Of a stretch of 45,333 bases of DNA, positions 1 through 9,155 are shown in pieces; position 1 is the first letter of the stretch; each line of letters starts with the position of its first letter. Source of the stretch: Chrysochromulina tobinii (taxonomy: Eukaryota); the NCBI GenBank assembly GCA_001275005.1, contig JWZX01003398.1, positions 62,001 through 107,333 on the forward strand, written 5' to 3'. The position numbers and the translations under genes were made by a program. The notes under the pieces are model-generated. The model saw only the letters and a program-made list of their open reading frames with translations. It searched no databases and was not told the origin of the DNA.

Positions 1-2
1 AT

Positions 3-3000
3 AACTACATGCGCGCCAACTACGAAGCCAAGCTGATCCCCGAGACGTCCCTCGCGTTCGGCCTCGGGATCCCATACTTCGCGTTCGCGGACAAGATCAT
101 GTGCTGGAACGACGTTGTGGGCGACCCGGCCTTCGTGGACGGCCTCGGGTACATCTCGAAGGCCGACTTGAAAGCTAACCACCTGAACGCGTCGAAGTTG
201 CTTGGAGAGGCGACCGTGCTCCACTGGTCCGGGCGCAACAAGCCGTTCGACCCCAAGTCCGAGATGGACCTCGAGCTCTACAGGCCGTTCGATGCCGTGC
301 AGGACTATTATGTGCACAAGCCGCCTTCGCAGAGGACTCAGCAGGTTGTGGTGCCGGAGAGTGGCCTCCACGCAATCGTGAGGCAGACACCCGATGCGTC
401 GCAGCAGAGCACCCGCGCGCTCTTGTATGCAGACCCTTATTCCGGGGCGGAGTGGTTCTTGCAGCTGCTCGATCAGACGCCTGATGTTTGTGCGTCAGGC
501 TCGGCTGGCAATCCGACGGTTGCCTTCGCAGGAGAGAGCTTCATCCCGCCCCACTTCGAGGCCGTCGAGGACGCCATCCCAGTCTGCGCTCAGAAGCGCG
601 CCTGCCTCTGGAGCTTCATCGCAGAAAACGTGCCTCGGTATGTGGAACAGCGCCGCAGCCTGTGCCAGAGCACTCACAAAGAGGGTATTGAAAGAAAGGG
701 TACTTTGGCGGAGTTTGCTCTGCTTGAGGTCCACGACATGCACGGCGACATGCTTTGCTCTTGGGCCGATCGCTTGCTGACCATGTACCCCAATCGCACC
801 AACTACTCCGACCTGGGCGGGATCCAGGCGCTCTGGAATCTGTACGAGCAGAACGTCTTCTCCATGGCAACGGATCTCGTCCCGTGCACCCAGGCGTGCG
901 GGTACAAACCCGTCCGCATGCTCAAGTTCATGCGCGCGTGGGCCCAGCCGATGATGAACGGAAGCGAGCCGGCTTATTCGTGGCGCGAGAACGGCGATGC
1001 GCCCAAGTACTTTGTGGGCGACTTTGCGGGCGAGCACTGCGATGGCGAGGCCCTGCCGGGAGGAGGCTGCGACGGCAGCGAGTCTTACTTGCCAAAGATG
1101 AACTGGGACGCATACAAGATTGTCGAGCTCACCCGCTGGAATACTCTCGATCGTTGCCTCGCACAGACTGAATTCGCCATCGGGATCACCGAAGACCCGG
1201 CTGTTTCCGTTCAGCTCGACGGTGAGTCGAATCTCTCAGAAGGCAACGTCGACTTCGACGACCTGATGCGCTGCATCAGATACTCCGGCGCGCAGCGTGA
1301 TGCGGACCGCCTGCGACTCAATGTCTTTTCCGGCGAACGCCTCGCCGATTGGATGACGCTCCCCTATGAGATCTGTTCCATGCCGAGCCACATTCAGGGA
1401 TGCGTCGATGCCGCAGTAGCCCACGTCAGCGCGCAGTCTTTCAAGTTTCTCGGGAGACCTCACAGCGTTGGAACCGACATGATTGAGAATGTCAACATGG
1501 ACTCCACATCAACTCTTGTGGAGGATTTGAAGCGCCGACGCTGGAGACGAGCACAAGGGAACCAACTGGCACCCCCCCGGCTCCCATCCCAGCTTGCCCC
1601 GAAGCCGCACGGGGAGACGCTTGACGCGGATTGGTTGTCAAACTTCCAGGAGGACAGTTTCGTCACAGCACTCCAGACTAACGTAAAATACGTAAGAGCG
1701 CCGCCGCCGCCGCCGTTCAGAAGAGTCGCGTCTTCGAGGCAATGTTGCTTGGAAGGTCTACCAACTTTTCAGAAATGTCTTCTGAAGGGCATTCCTGCTT
1801 GCTGCAAACCATGGGATAAAGCGTGCCTCAAGATGCAATCTGGTGGCGGTCTCGATCCAGCTACTGGCAAGTATGTCCCTGGCCCGAACTTTGATCCTAA
1901 ATATGACCCGACGAAGGTTGGTCCTGCTCCTGCAGGCTGGAAAGCCCCCCCGGCAGGAAAAACCTATTCTTATGACGAAGACGACGAAAATGGTGGTGGC
2001 GGGCGACGGAAATGTAAGAAAGGTAAGCCCTGCCCCGCCGACGAAGACGACTCCTATTCGTATGAAGACGAAGGTGAAGACGAAGGTGGAGTTGGCGGAA
2101 GGAAAAAGTGCAGAGACAAGAAAGGAAAAGTCATTCCCTGTCCCGGAGAAGGTGGCGGTGCAGACTCCTATTCTTATGACGAGAACGGTAACAAGGTGAA
2201 TAAGGCATGTTGCGTGGACCCCAGGAACACAAAATGTCTCGATAAGGGCATTCCTCATTGCTGCGCACCTTGGGATCTCGTGTGCATCAAGATGCAATCC
2301 GGAGGCTCTATCGATCCAATCACTGGCAAGTACGTCCCTGGCAAGAACTATGACCCTGACTATGACCCAACCAAGGCTGGCCCTGCTCCTAAAGGCTGGA
2401 CACCTGAAAACGGCGGAGACAATGACGGTGGCGGTGAAGACTCCTACACTTATGACGAGAACGGTAACAGGAGAAAGAAGTGCAGAGACAAGAAAGGAAA
2501 AGTCATTCCCTGTCCCGCCGAAGGCGGCGGAGAAGATGGCGGAGATGGCGGCGGAGAAGATGGCAATCCCACCTATTCTTACGACGAGAGCGGCGGAAGG
2601 AAAAAGTGCAGAGACAAGAAAGGAAAAGTCATTCCCTGTCCCGCCGAAGGCGGCGGTGAAGACTCCTATACCTATGACGAGAACGGGAACAGGAGAAAGA
2701 AGCCCGGAGCAGGTGAAGACGAGGATGATGGTTCACGCGTACCACGCGCTCCCCGCGGGGCTGGCTATGGTCCCCATGGATTCACTCGCCGTACCATTCG
2801 CCGCGGCACCGTGCTCGAGCTGGCCGCCGCCGATGTAGAGCATGGTCGCACGTCGCGCTCCTCTCGATGGATGGGTGTTGCCAACGCCGAGCAGCTTTCC
2901 GCCGGTCTCATCCACGCTGGGTTCGCCACGTTCATCCAGCCGATCTACTGCTTCGCGTGGGAGGCGCATGCCGACGGCAACGAGATCGCCAAGTACCTCG

Positions 3001-6000
3001 CGCTTCTACCTGAGCATTACATTGTCCCCGGCTCGAGCGCGATGACGACTTTCGACGAGCATGTCTTCCAAGACAGTTTCGAAGAACTAGCAGTCGACAC
3101 TCGAGCGCATGCGCTCATCGCATTTGGCCAGGTCGACAAGGACGGATACGAAGGCGGATGGGTGCACTCAGTGCGCGCTGCTACGAGCCGACCCATCGTG
3201 GTCCTGGGCCTCATGCGCGACGTGCTCGCGCATCGCGTCCAGCTCTTCTACAGCGACGACGCGCGGCGCCAGATGGCTGAACGGTCGTCGTCGACGTTTG
3301 TGAAGGCGATGATGCATTCGTGGATGCAGAACGACGAGTACCCACGCGATGCTCAGCTCGAATACATGTACGGCTTTAATGCCACTCTTCGCCACCTCCC
3401 GATCGACGACGTCTGGAAAGCTCGCAACACGTCCGCGATTGCGTCCGGTGTAGACCAGGGCGGCACCACCTCCACTGCCTCCGTGTATCTGGGTCCCGTC
3501 GGAGACTCGCAGAATGTACGCCGGAGCTTGTGCGTGTTTGCGCACTCGACCTCGCTGCCGATTCCGTGGCTGCGATATGAGACCGCCATGGATAGCGTCA
3601 GCAGCACCGTACCGTCGAAGCTCCTCAAGCACGTCGACGAGGACATAGTTGCCGCCATGCTCGCCAGGGAGCCGAGAGAGTTCTACTACGTCGCTCGCGC
3701 TCTGGATACCTTTGAAGCCTTTGCGGAGGAGTACGGATGCTTGGAGGAGCCAACAGAGGCGGCCCTGCTGCCGCCAAAGTACGGTGCTGGGCCGCTCACA
3801 TACAGGAGCAGCTCGGAAACCACTTCAAAGCGTATCATGAGTGCGGCATCGTTTAACGCATCCCTCAGCAATACGGAAGCAATCGGCAACGAGACCTCGG
3901 GCGCGGCGTCCAGCCTGAGGAAGCCATTCACCGGCAGCTTGCCCTCAGAGTATCCGCTCTACTACTTCCACCACGTGCCGAAGACAGGCGGGACTACGCT
4001 CAGCGACTATCTTGTGCAGCTCCCTCGAGAGTACACCGTGCCCGGGTCGGAGCGCTCGGGCGCCTTTGATGTATCAGTCTTCCACAGGGCAGAAGATGAG
4101 GTGGCCGCGCGACGAAACTGTCTCATCGCATACAGCCACATGCAAGTGCGTGCGTTCACGGACATCATCAATCAGTCCCCATTAGCAAACAGGAAGCTCG
4201 AAGTCATCTTCATGATGCGTGATGTCCTCCCTCATCGCGTCTCGTTCTTCCACGAAATGATCGGACCAGAGGCGCACGGCCACGACCAGGCTGACCTCGA
4301 TGCCGGAAAGACCGTCGCACGCCCGTATCTGAATTTCGCCACATGGGCTGCGAAGGACAAGGACCCTGAGATGGCGCTCGAGGCTTGGCGGACAAACCAT
4401 TCACGCGAGACGGCCTTTGCACCGATTGCCACAGCCGAGTGCGTTAAAAACCAACACTGCCGTGACCCGAAGATGGACAACTTCCAGCTCAGGGCCGTCT
4501 ACAAGTTGAACTTTGCCTGGTCGAATGAGCCCATCCAGGATGTGTATACGCAGCTTCATGCTGAGCATCCTCTCGAATCGTGCGCACGCTGGCAAGCTCC
4601 GGACGGGCAGGACAACGAGGTGCTCTTCCGTCACTGTCCGAATGCCACCGCAGACGTGGGCCTCGCTCTCATCGGGCACCTGAGCTTGATGCGCGAGACG
4701 CTCTGCCTGATCGACCGTATGCTCGGCGTGCCCGTACCGTGGAATGGCGTTGCCCACGAGGGAATGAACTGGCGCTTCAAGAAGCTCCGGCCGATGGATG
4801 CCGAGAGCAGCTTCGACAGCTCGTCAGCCAACGAGCTTCTCTCGCGCGAATCTCGTGAGCTCATCTTCAACTCGATGACCAAATCCAAGCTCATGGAGCA
4901 GGCAGCCGCGTACAATTGTGGCCCACCTCCGCCGCCACCTCCTGCAGAGCAGCCATTGTCAACAATCCTACCACCATATGGTGCGACCCAGGGACTTGAT
5001 ACTCTGGCTGCTCAGCAACAGCTCCATATTGCGGAGGAGAAGGCGGCTGCACAAGCGCAGACGTGCGGCGAGGTCAGGTCCGTCACCGCCGAGGAAGACA
5101 CAGCGGAGGTCGCTCTCCTCTCGACGTGCGATCCAGAGTCGTGCCTTGTCATGACGACTGGCTGCGGCTCACGTCTCGAGTGCCAGGGCTGCGGCTCGCT
5201 GTGCCATGGAAGCTCCTCGTCGGACGCCAGTGCGTGGTCCTTGGATGGGTTGGCCACAGGGCTCTCAGTGTATGGTACGGACCCTATTGGCACCGTGAAG
5301 ACCGAGAACCGCTCGCTGTGGCGCAATGTCAACCTCGTCGTCAGGTGGTCGGACTTCGAGCCGAAGCCAGAAGAGTTCAACTGGGCCGCATTCGACTCGC
5401 TCGTGCTCGATGTCACAAAGAGGAACATGCCGTTCGCAGTGGGGATCACCTTTCTCTCGGGTCCAAACTACTACCCTCAATGGCTCTTTGAGTCGCCGTT
5501 CAATGTGACCAAGTATGTCGAGGTCTGCGGACATCGGAAAGGGAATGTGAGAGACCCCCACGCATGCGCTGAAACCGCGTTCTCAGTGCCCAATTTCCAC
5601 GATGTAACCTACTTGGCTCGCTACAAGCGCGCGCACATGGCGCTCGCGGCGAAGCTCAGTGATATGCGCATCATCAACAACCAGCTCAGGCTTCTATACT
5701 TGCAAGCATCTCTCGGTACAGGCATCCAGAACACGCCAGTCTACTTTCACACCGATCGAACTGAGGCAGACTACGTCTGGAAGGATCCGCAGGGCCTGTC
5801 GACGCCCACGGAAGCGAGCTGGGACAAGTGCGGCACTTGCGGCTTCGATGCGTTCGCTCCGCCTCGCAATGACGCACTGGATGTTTTTTGGTGCCCGAGC
5901 GGTGCTACCAGCACAGGTCTTATCGTGTCTCGGAAGCCGGCGTTCGAGGAGTATGCCCAGAGCCTGACCGCGTTCCTTCATAACGACGTCTATGCGTCGC

Positions 6001-8969
6001 ATATCGAGGACGCCGGGATGCGGCTGATGGTGACGAGCGACGATACGAAAACATGGGTGAATCTTGCAGACGGAATGAATAGTGCCGGCCAGTCTGCCAA
6101 GCGGATGCAAGAAGCGCAGCTGTTTACCAATGAGTGGCTCGATGCTCATGTGCCCGGCACGTGGCTGATGCGCAGCAAAGAGGGCGAAGGCGCCGGGGTG
6201 TCAGGCGAACGCACGCGCGTCGCCCACTCACTCCTCAACACTTTCAGGGTGTCTGAGGATGGACCCGTGCGCGCCCGTGCCGACCTGAACAAGTTCTGGT
6301 GCTGGACTGGCGAGGAGGGCAGCCGCGGACAGCTGGGCGCGGAGCCAGTCGCGCCAAGCTGCCTCATGCAGAACTGGCACTTGTATGCTGTAGCCATGTG
6401 GGCGCTCACTGCTCGCATCGACTACTGGAACATTCCGCTCACAGCTGCAAAGCAGCAGCTGACGGAAACTGACTTTGAAGGCGTGTGGAGGTTTCTGAAT
6501 CGCTACAGTGGTGTCCGCTGGGGCTGGCAGTCTCCGGGGGCTTGGATCGGCTTCCGTGACGGCCTCGACACGCTCGACGCGGAGCGCTTCCCAGAGGCGG
6601 AGTTCGGCGCGCTACCCAAAGGCTGGCAAACGATGTCCTTGCGCACTTCGCAGTCGCCTACGAGCCAAGCGTTGCTTGCGAATCGTCAACGTTTCATCTG
6701 TGACTCCTTCGCAACGAATGGCTGCCGCCTCGAGATCGACGAGGCCACCGACGATGGAAAGCTGGCCCTAGCTTACGGCAACGGCACCAACGACGTCAAC
6801 GTGGACGTTTGGCGGAGCGACTACGGCATGTTCATGCAACGCCGCGACAACAGCTCCGGAAGCGTGGGCTACTGGTGGCAGGGCCCCAAGGACCAAATGT
6901 ATGGCCGCTACTCGCGGGGCTTTGCGCACCCGCAATCGACTATCGAGATGGTGCTGGACCAGGGGCTGTGGGGTGGGCTGCCGCTGACCGCACAACGAGC
7001 TCACCTGACTCTGCGCCTCGTGTTCCTCGACAACTCCGTTGGCAAGTTCTATGTGGGATACGACGCCTTGGACGGCCCCCGGGGATGGGTGGTCGACACC
7101 AAAGGCACGTCGCGCTGGAGGGAGGTCACCTTTGCTATCAACGATGGACGGTTTGCCCGCGGCGACGGTAGCGGGCCCAATGGTGCCGACGTGTGGCTGC
7201 GCGACATGAGCGAATGCGAAAGCTGGGCGGCTCGTGACTGCACACAGAAACCAACGCTCTTCGACAGCCTCGAAGTGGTGGAGGTGGCGCATGATCAGAT
7301 AGTCGTCGACCCCGAGCAGCTCGCTCACCAGAAGGCGGTGGCCGAGAAGGCGGCGGTGGCGAAGGCAGCAGCGGCGAAGGCGGCGGCGGCGAAAGCAGCA
7401 GCGGAGAAGGCGGCGGTCGAGCGAGAAGCGGCCGAGAAGGCTGCGGCAGAGGCTGCGGCGGCTGCGGCTGCGGCTGAGACTGCGGCAGAGAGGGCGGCGG
7501 CGGAGGAAGCAGCAGCGGAGAAAACGGCGGCCGAGCAGGCGGCGGCCGTCGAGCAGGCGTTCATGAAGAAGGCGGCTGAGCAGGCCGCGATTGAGGAGGC
7601 GGCGGCGAAGAAGGCGGCGGCGGAGGCGGAGAAGGCGGCGGGTCATCATGCAATTGATGCGATCCCCGCACCGCCAGCGCTTGCCTCCAGTGCTCCTTGC
7701 CACTGGGGGCACGACACCACGGACGTGCACGGCGACGAGGTCCCATGCGTCCTGTGGGCCAGTCAGGGCGAGTGCAAACGCATTCCAGAGTTCATGCGCT
7801 CAACGTGCCCTGCGGCGTGCGGCTGCCCCGCGCCCGTGCTCAAGAGATCTCCAGATCTGGCGGACCTTCATTCACCGAACATGAAAGAGAAGCCGAGGAT
7901 CAAGCTGCCACGGCCAGAGTCGTTCCAGGCGACGACGCCGTTAGCGCCCAGCGGGCCTCGGCCAGTCCAGGCTTGCGCCGAGTGGGCGGCGGCAGGTGAA
8001 TGCCAGGCCAATCCGGACTACATGCGCACACAGTGCCTCCTCGCGTGCCAAAAGGTGGGCGCGGCACCGGCAGCGACCGCGAAACCCGCACCAGCAGCGA
8101 CCGTAAGGCCTGCACCGGCGGCGGCCGCGAGGCCTGCACCGGCAGCGGCTGCCAAACCTTCACCCGCCGCGGCGTCAGCGCCCAGTGGGCCTCGGCCAGT
8201 CCAGGCTTGCGCCGAGTGGGCGGCGGCAGGTGAATGCCAGGCCAATCCGGCCTACATGCGCGCACAGTGCCTCCTCGCGTGCTCAGCTTTAGCTGCCAAA
8301 CCTACACCCGCGACTGCTTCGGCGCCCAGTGGGCCTCGGCCAGTCCAGGCTTGCGCCGAGTGGGCGGCGGCAGGTGAATGCCAGGCCAATCCGGACTACA
8401 TGCGCACACAGTGCCTCCTCGCGTGCTCAGCGTTAGCGCCCAGCGGGCCTAGGCCGGTCCAGGCTTGCGCCGAGTGGGCGGCGGCGGGCGAATGCCAGGC
8501 CAATCCGGCCTACATGCGCACACAGTGCCTCCTCGCGTGCCAGAGGGCAGACGCTGCACCGGTAGCAACTGCCAAACCTGCACCGGCACCGGCCGCGAGG
8601 CCTTCACCGGCAACAGCTGCCAAACCTGCACCGATGCCGGCTGCCAAACCTGCACCGGCAGCGGCTGCCAAACCTGCACCGGCAACGGCTGCCAAACCTG
8701 CACCGGCAGCGGCTGCCAAGCCCGCACCGGCAGCGGCTGCTAAGCCCGCACCGGCAGCGGCTGCTAAACCGGCAGCGGCAGCGGCTGCGACACCCGCACC
8801 AGCAGCGGCTTCTCGACTTACTCGCTTCAACGACTTATGGAAGAAGCGACCACCAAGTGCCCTGATGCCAGAGGGCGGCGAAGCACTCTCTTCGCCAACT
8901 ACCACTCGACTTCAAGAACTTTTGCAAAACTTGAAGTCCGACTTTGTAGCAGGTGAGTTTCCCGGATAA
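3..8969 (+). CDS. Giant multidomain glycan-modifying protein, 5'-partial (at least 2986 aa): GT8 C-terminal part, sulfotransferase-like 1, Cys/acidic repeat cassette, degenerate sulfotransferase 2, sulfotransferase 3, GH42/35-like barrel plus beta-sandwich, Ala/Glu/Lys helix, 5 ShK-like modules, PAAAK tail
   Basis: The uninterrupted ORF is open to the left edge (aac tac atg in frame from nt 3). Motifs: GT8-type VLHWSGRNKPF (~216-248); LLYADPYSGAEWFLQLL..GESF and LTRWNTLDRCL; intact PAPS loop YYFHHVPKTGGTT (~3960-4000) with FMMRDVLPHRVS; VVRWSDFEPKPEEFNWAAFD and PQWLF..VPNFHD (GH-A-like); ShK CxxWAxxGECxxxPxYMxxxCxxxC. A conserved paralog lies at 40907-45333. Confidence 0.9.
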   Translation, partial: NYMRANYEAKLIPETSLAFGLGIPYFAFADKIMCWNDVVGDPAFVDGLGYISKADLKANHLNASKLLGEATVLHWSGRNKPFDPKSEMDLELYRPFDAVQDYYVHKPPSQRTQQVVVPESGLHAIVRQTPDASQQSTRALLYADPYSGAEWFLQLLDQTPDVCASGSAGNPTVAFAGESFIPPHFEAVEDAIPVCAQKRACLWSFIAENVPRYVEQRRSLCQSTHKEGIERKGTLAEFALLEVHDMHGDMLCSWADRLLTMYPNRTNYSDLGGIQALWNLYEQNVFSMATDLVPCTQACGYKPVRMLKFMRAWAQPMMNGSEPAYSWRENGDAPKYFVGDFAGEHCDGEALPGGGCDGSESYLPKMNWDAYKIVELTRWNTLDRCLAQTEFAIGITEDPAVSVQLDGESNLSEGNVDFDDLMRCIRYSGAQRDADRLRLNVFSGERLADWMTLPYEICSMPSHIQGCVDAAVAHVSAQSFKFLGRPHSVGTDMIENVNMDSTSTLVEDLKRRRWRRAQGNQLAPPRLPSQLAPKPHGETLDADWLSNFQEDSFVTALQTNVKYVRAPPPPPFRRVASSRQCCLEGLPTFQKCLLKGIPACCKPWDKACLKMQSGGGLDPATGKYVPGPNFDPKYDPTKVGPAPAGWKAPPAGKTYSYDEDDENGGGGRRKCKKGKPCPADEDDSYSYEDEGEDEGGVGGRKKCRDKKGKVIPCPGEGGGADSYSYDENGNKVNKACCVDPRNTKCLDKGIPHCCAPWDLVCIKMQSGGSIDPITGKYVPGKNYDPDYDPTKAGPAPKGWTPENGGDNDGGGEDSYTYDENGNRRKKCRDKKGKVIPCPAEGGGEDGGDGGGEDGNPTYSYDESGGRKKCRDKKGKVIPCPAEGGGEDSYTYDENGNRRKKPGAGEDEDDGSRVPRAPRGAGYGPHGFTRRTIRRGTVLELAAADVEHGRTSRSSRWMGVANAEQLSAGLIHAGFATFIQPIYCFAWEAHADGNEIAKYLALLPEHYIVPGSSAMTTFDEHVFQDSFEELAVDTRAHALIAFGQVDKDGYEGGWVHSVRAATSRPIVVLGLMRDVLAHRVQLFYSDDARRQMAERSSSTFVKAMMHSWMQNDEYPRDAQLEYMYGFNATLRHLPIDDVWKARNTSAIASGVDQGGTTSTASVYLGPVGDSQNVRRSLCVFAHSTSLPIPWLRYETAMDSVSSTVPSKLLKHVDEDIVAAMLAREPREFYYVARALDTFEAFAEEYGCLEEPTEAALLPPKYGAGPLTYRSSSETTSKRIMSAASFNASLSNTEAIGNETSGAASSLRKPFTGSLPSEYPLYYFHHVPKTGGTTLSDYLVQLPREYTVPGSERSGAFDVSVFHRAEDEVAARRNCLIAYSHMQVRAFTDIINQSPLANRKLEVIFMMRDVLPHRVSFFHEMIGPEAHGHDQADLDAGKTVARPYLNFATWAAKDKDPEMALEAWRTNHSRETAFAPIATAECVKNQHCRDPKMDNFQLRAVYKLNFAWSNEPIQDVYTQLHAEHPLESCARWQAPDGQDNEVLFRHCPNATADVGLALIGHLSLMRETLCLIDRMLGVPVPWNGVAHEGMNWRFKKLRPMDAESSFDSSSANELLSRESRELIFNSMTKSKLMEQAAAYNCGPPPPPPPAEQPLSTILPPYGATQGLDTLAAQQQLHIAEEKAAAQAQTCGEVRSVTAEEDTAEVALLSTCDPESCLVMTTGCGSRLECQGCGSLCHGSSSSDASAWSLDGLATGLSVYGTDPIGTVKTENRSLWRNVNLVVRWSDFEPKPEEFNWAAFDSLVLDVTKRNMPFAVGITFLSGPNYYPQWLFESPFNVTKYVEVCGHRKGNVRDPHACAETAFSVPNFHDVTYLARYKRAHMALAAKLSDMRIINNQLRLLYLQASLGTGIQNTPVYFHTDRTEADYVWKDPQGLSTPTEASWDKCGTCGFDAFAPPRNDALDVFWCPSGATSTGLIVSRKPAFEEYAQSLTAFLHNDVYASHIEDAGMRLMVTSDDTKTWVNLADGMNSAGQSAKRMQEAQLFTNEWLDAHVPGTWLMRSKEGEGAGVSGERTRVAHSLLNTFRVSEDGPVRARADLNKFWCWTGEEGSRGQLGAEPVAPSCLMQNWHLYAVAMWALTARIDYWNIPLTAAKQQLTETDFEGVWRFLNRYSGVRWGWQSPGAWIGFRDGLDTLDAERFPEAEFGALPKGWQTMSLRTSQSPTSQALLANRQRFICDSFATNGCRLEIDEATDDGKLALAYGNGTNDVNVDVWRSDYGMFMQRRDNSSGSVGYWWQGPKDQMYGRYSRGFAHPQSTIEMVLDQGLWGGLPLTAQRAHLTLRLVFLDNSVGKFYVGYDALDGPRGWVVDTKGTSRWREVTFAINDGRFARGDGSGPNGADVWLRDMSECESWAARDCTQKPTLFDSLEVVEVAHDQIVVDPEQLAHQKAVAEKAAVAKAAAAKAAAAKAAAEKAAVEREAAEKAAAEAAAAAAAAETAAERAAAEEAAAEKTAAEQAAAVEQAFMKKAAEQAAIEEAAAKKAAAEAEKAAGHHAIDAIPAPPALASSAPCHWGHDTTDVHGDEVPCVLWASQGECKRIPEFMRSTCPAACGCPAPVLKRSPDLADLHSPNMKEKPRIKLPRPESFQATTPLAPSGPRPVQACAEWAAAGECQANPDYMRTQCLLACQKVGAAPAATAKPAPAATVRPAPAAAARPAPAAAAKPSPAAASAPSGPRPVQACAEWAAAGECQANPAYMRAQCLLACSALAAKPTPATASAPSGPRPVQACAEWAAAGECQANPDYMRTQCLLACSALAPSGPRPVQACAEWAAAGECQANPAYMRTQCLLACQRADAAPVATAKPAPAPAARPSPATAAKPAPMPAAKPAPAAAAKPAPATAAKPAPAAAAKPAPAAAAKPAPAAAAKPAAAAAATPAPAAASRLTRFNDLWKKRPPSALMPEGGEALSSPTTTRLQELLQNLKSDFVAGEFPG
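1743..2730 (+). repeat. Coding repeat cassette: two ~65-aa Cys-rich modules, three KKCRDKKGKVIPCP units and six [S/T]Y[S/T]Y[D/E] acidic motifs
   Basis: Module CCx6-8KCLxKGIPxCCxPWDxxCxKMQSGGxxDPxTGKYVPG occurs at ~1743-1940 and ~2208-2399. The identical nucleotide block tgcagagacaagaaaggaaaagtcattccctgtccc occurs at ~2109, 2481 and 2607. Confidence 0.95.
7330..7640 (+). repeat. Ala-rich (A/E)KAAA helical low-complexity repeat (rigid linker or stalk)
   Basis: QKAVAEKAAVAKAAAAKAAAAKAAAEKAAVEREAAEKAAA... encoded by gcg-rich tandem units; absent from the paralog. Confidence 0.9.
7941..8810 (+). repeat. Four near-identical ShK-like units (~105 nt) interspersed with and followed by 24-nt AKPAPAAA repeats
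   Basis: APSGPRPVQACAEWAAAGECQANP[DA]YMR[TA]QCLLAC at ~7944, 8178, 8322 and 8436; tandem gctgccaaacctgcaccggca-type units at ~8570-8790. Confidence 0.95.
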
Positions 8970-9155
8970 GGCGATTCGGCTCTAGAAGTGGAAGCGACTT
9001 GGTTGTTTGTGGTGCACTGAACGCACGATTGTTGCATGCGTACCGTAGTCCGTTTCTTTGGCAGCCTAACGTGTTCTGAAGAGGAGAAGACGCGCTGATC
9101 ACAGATCGGTCATAAACGTTGGTGTGTTGTGAATGTAAACGTTCACACATCATAA

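Noticed and set aside
8953..9103. Perfect donor AG|GTGAGT near the end of the first ORF, possibly splicing it to the downstream GT8
   Set aside because: The paralog conserves the encoded A-G-E without the donor. The nearest good acceptor (9103) leads to a stop after three codons, and the early GT8 acceptors I checked are in the wrong phase.
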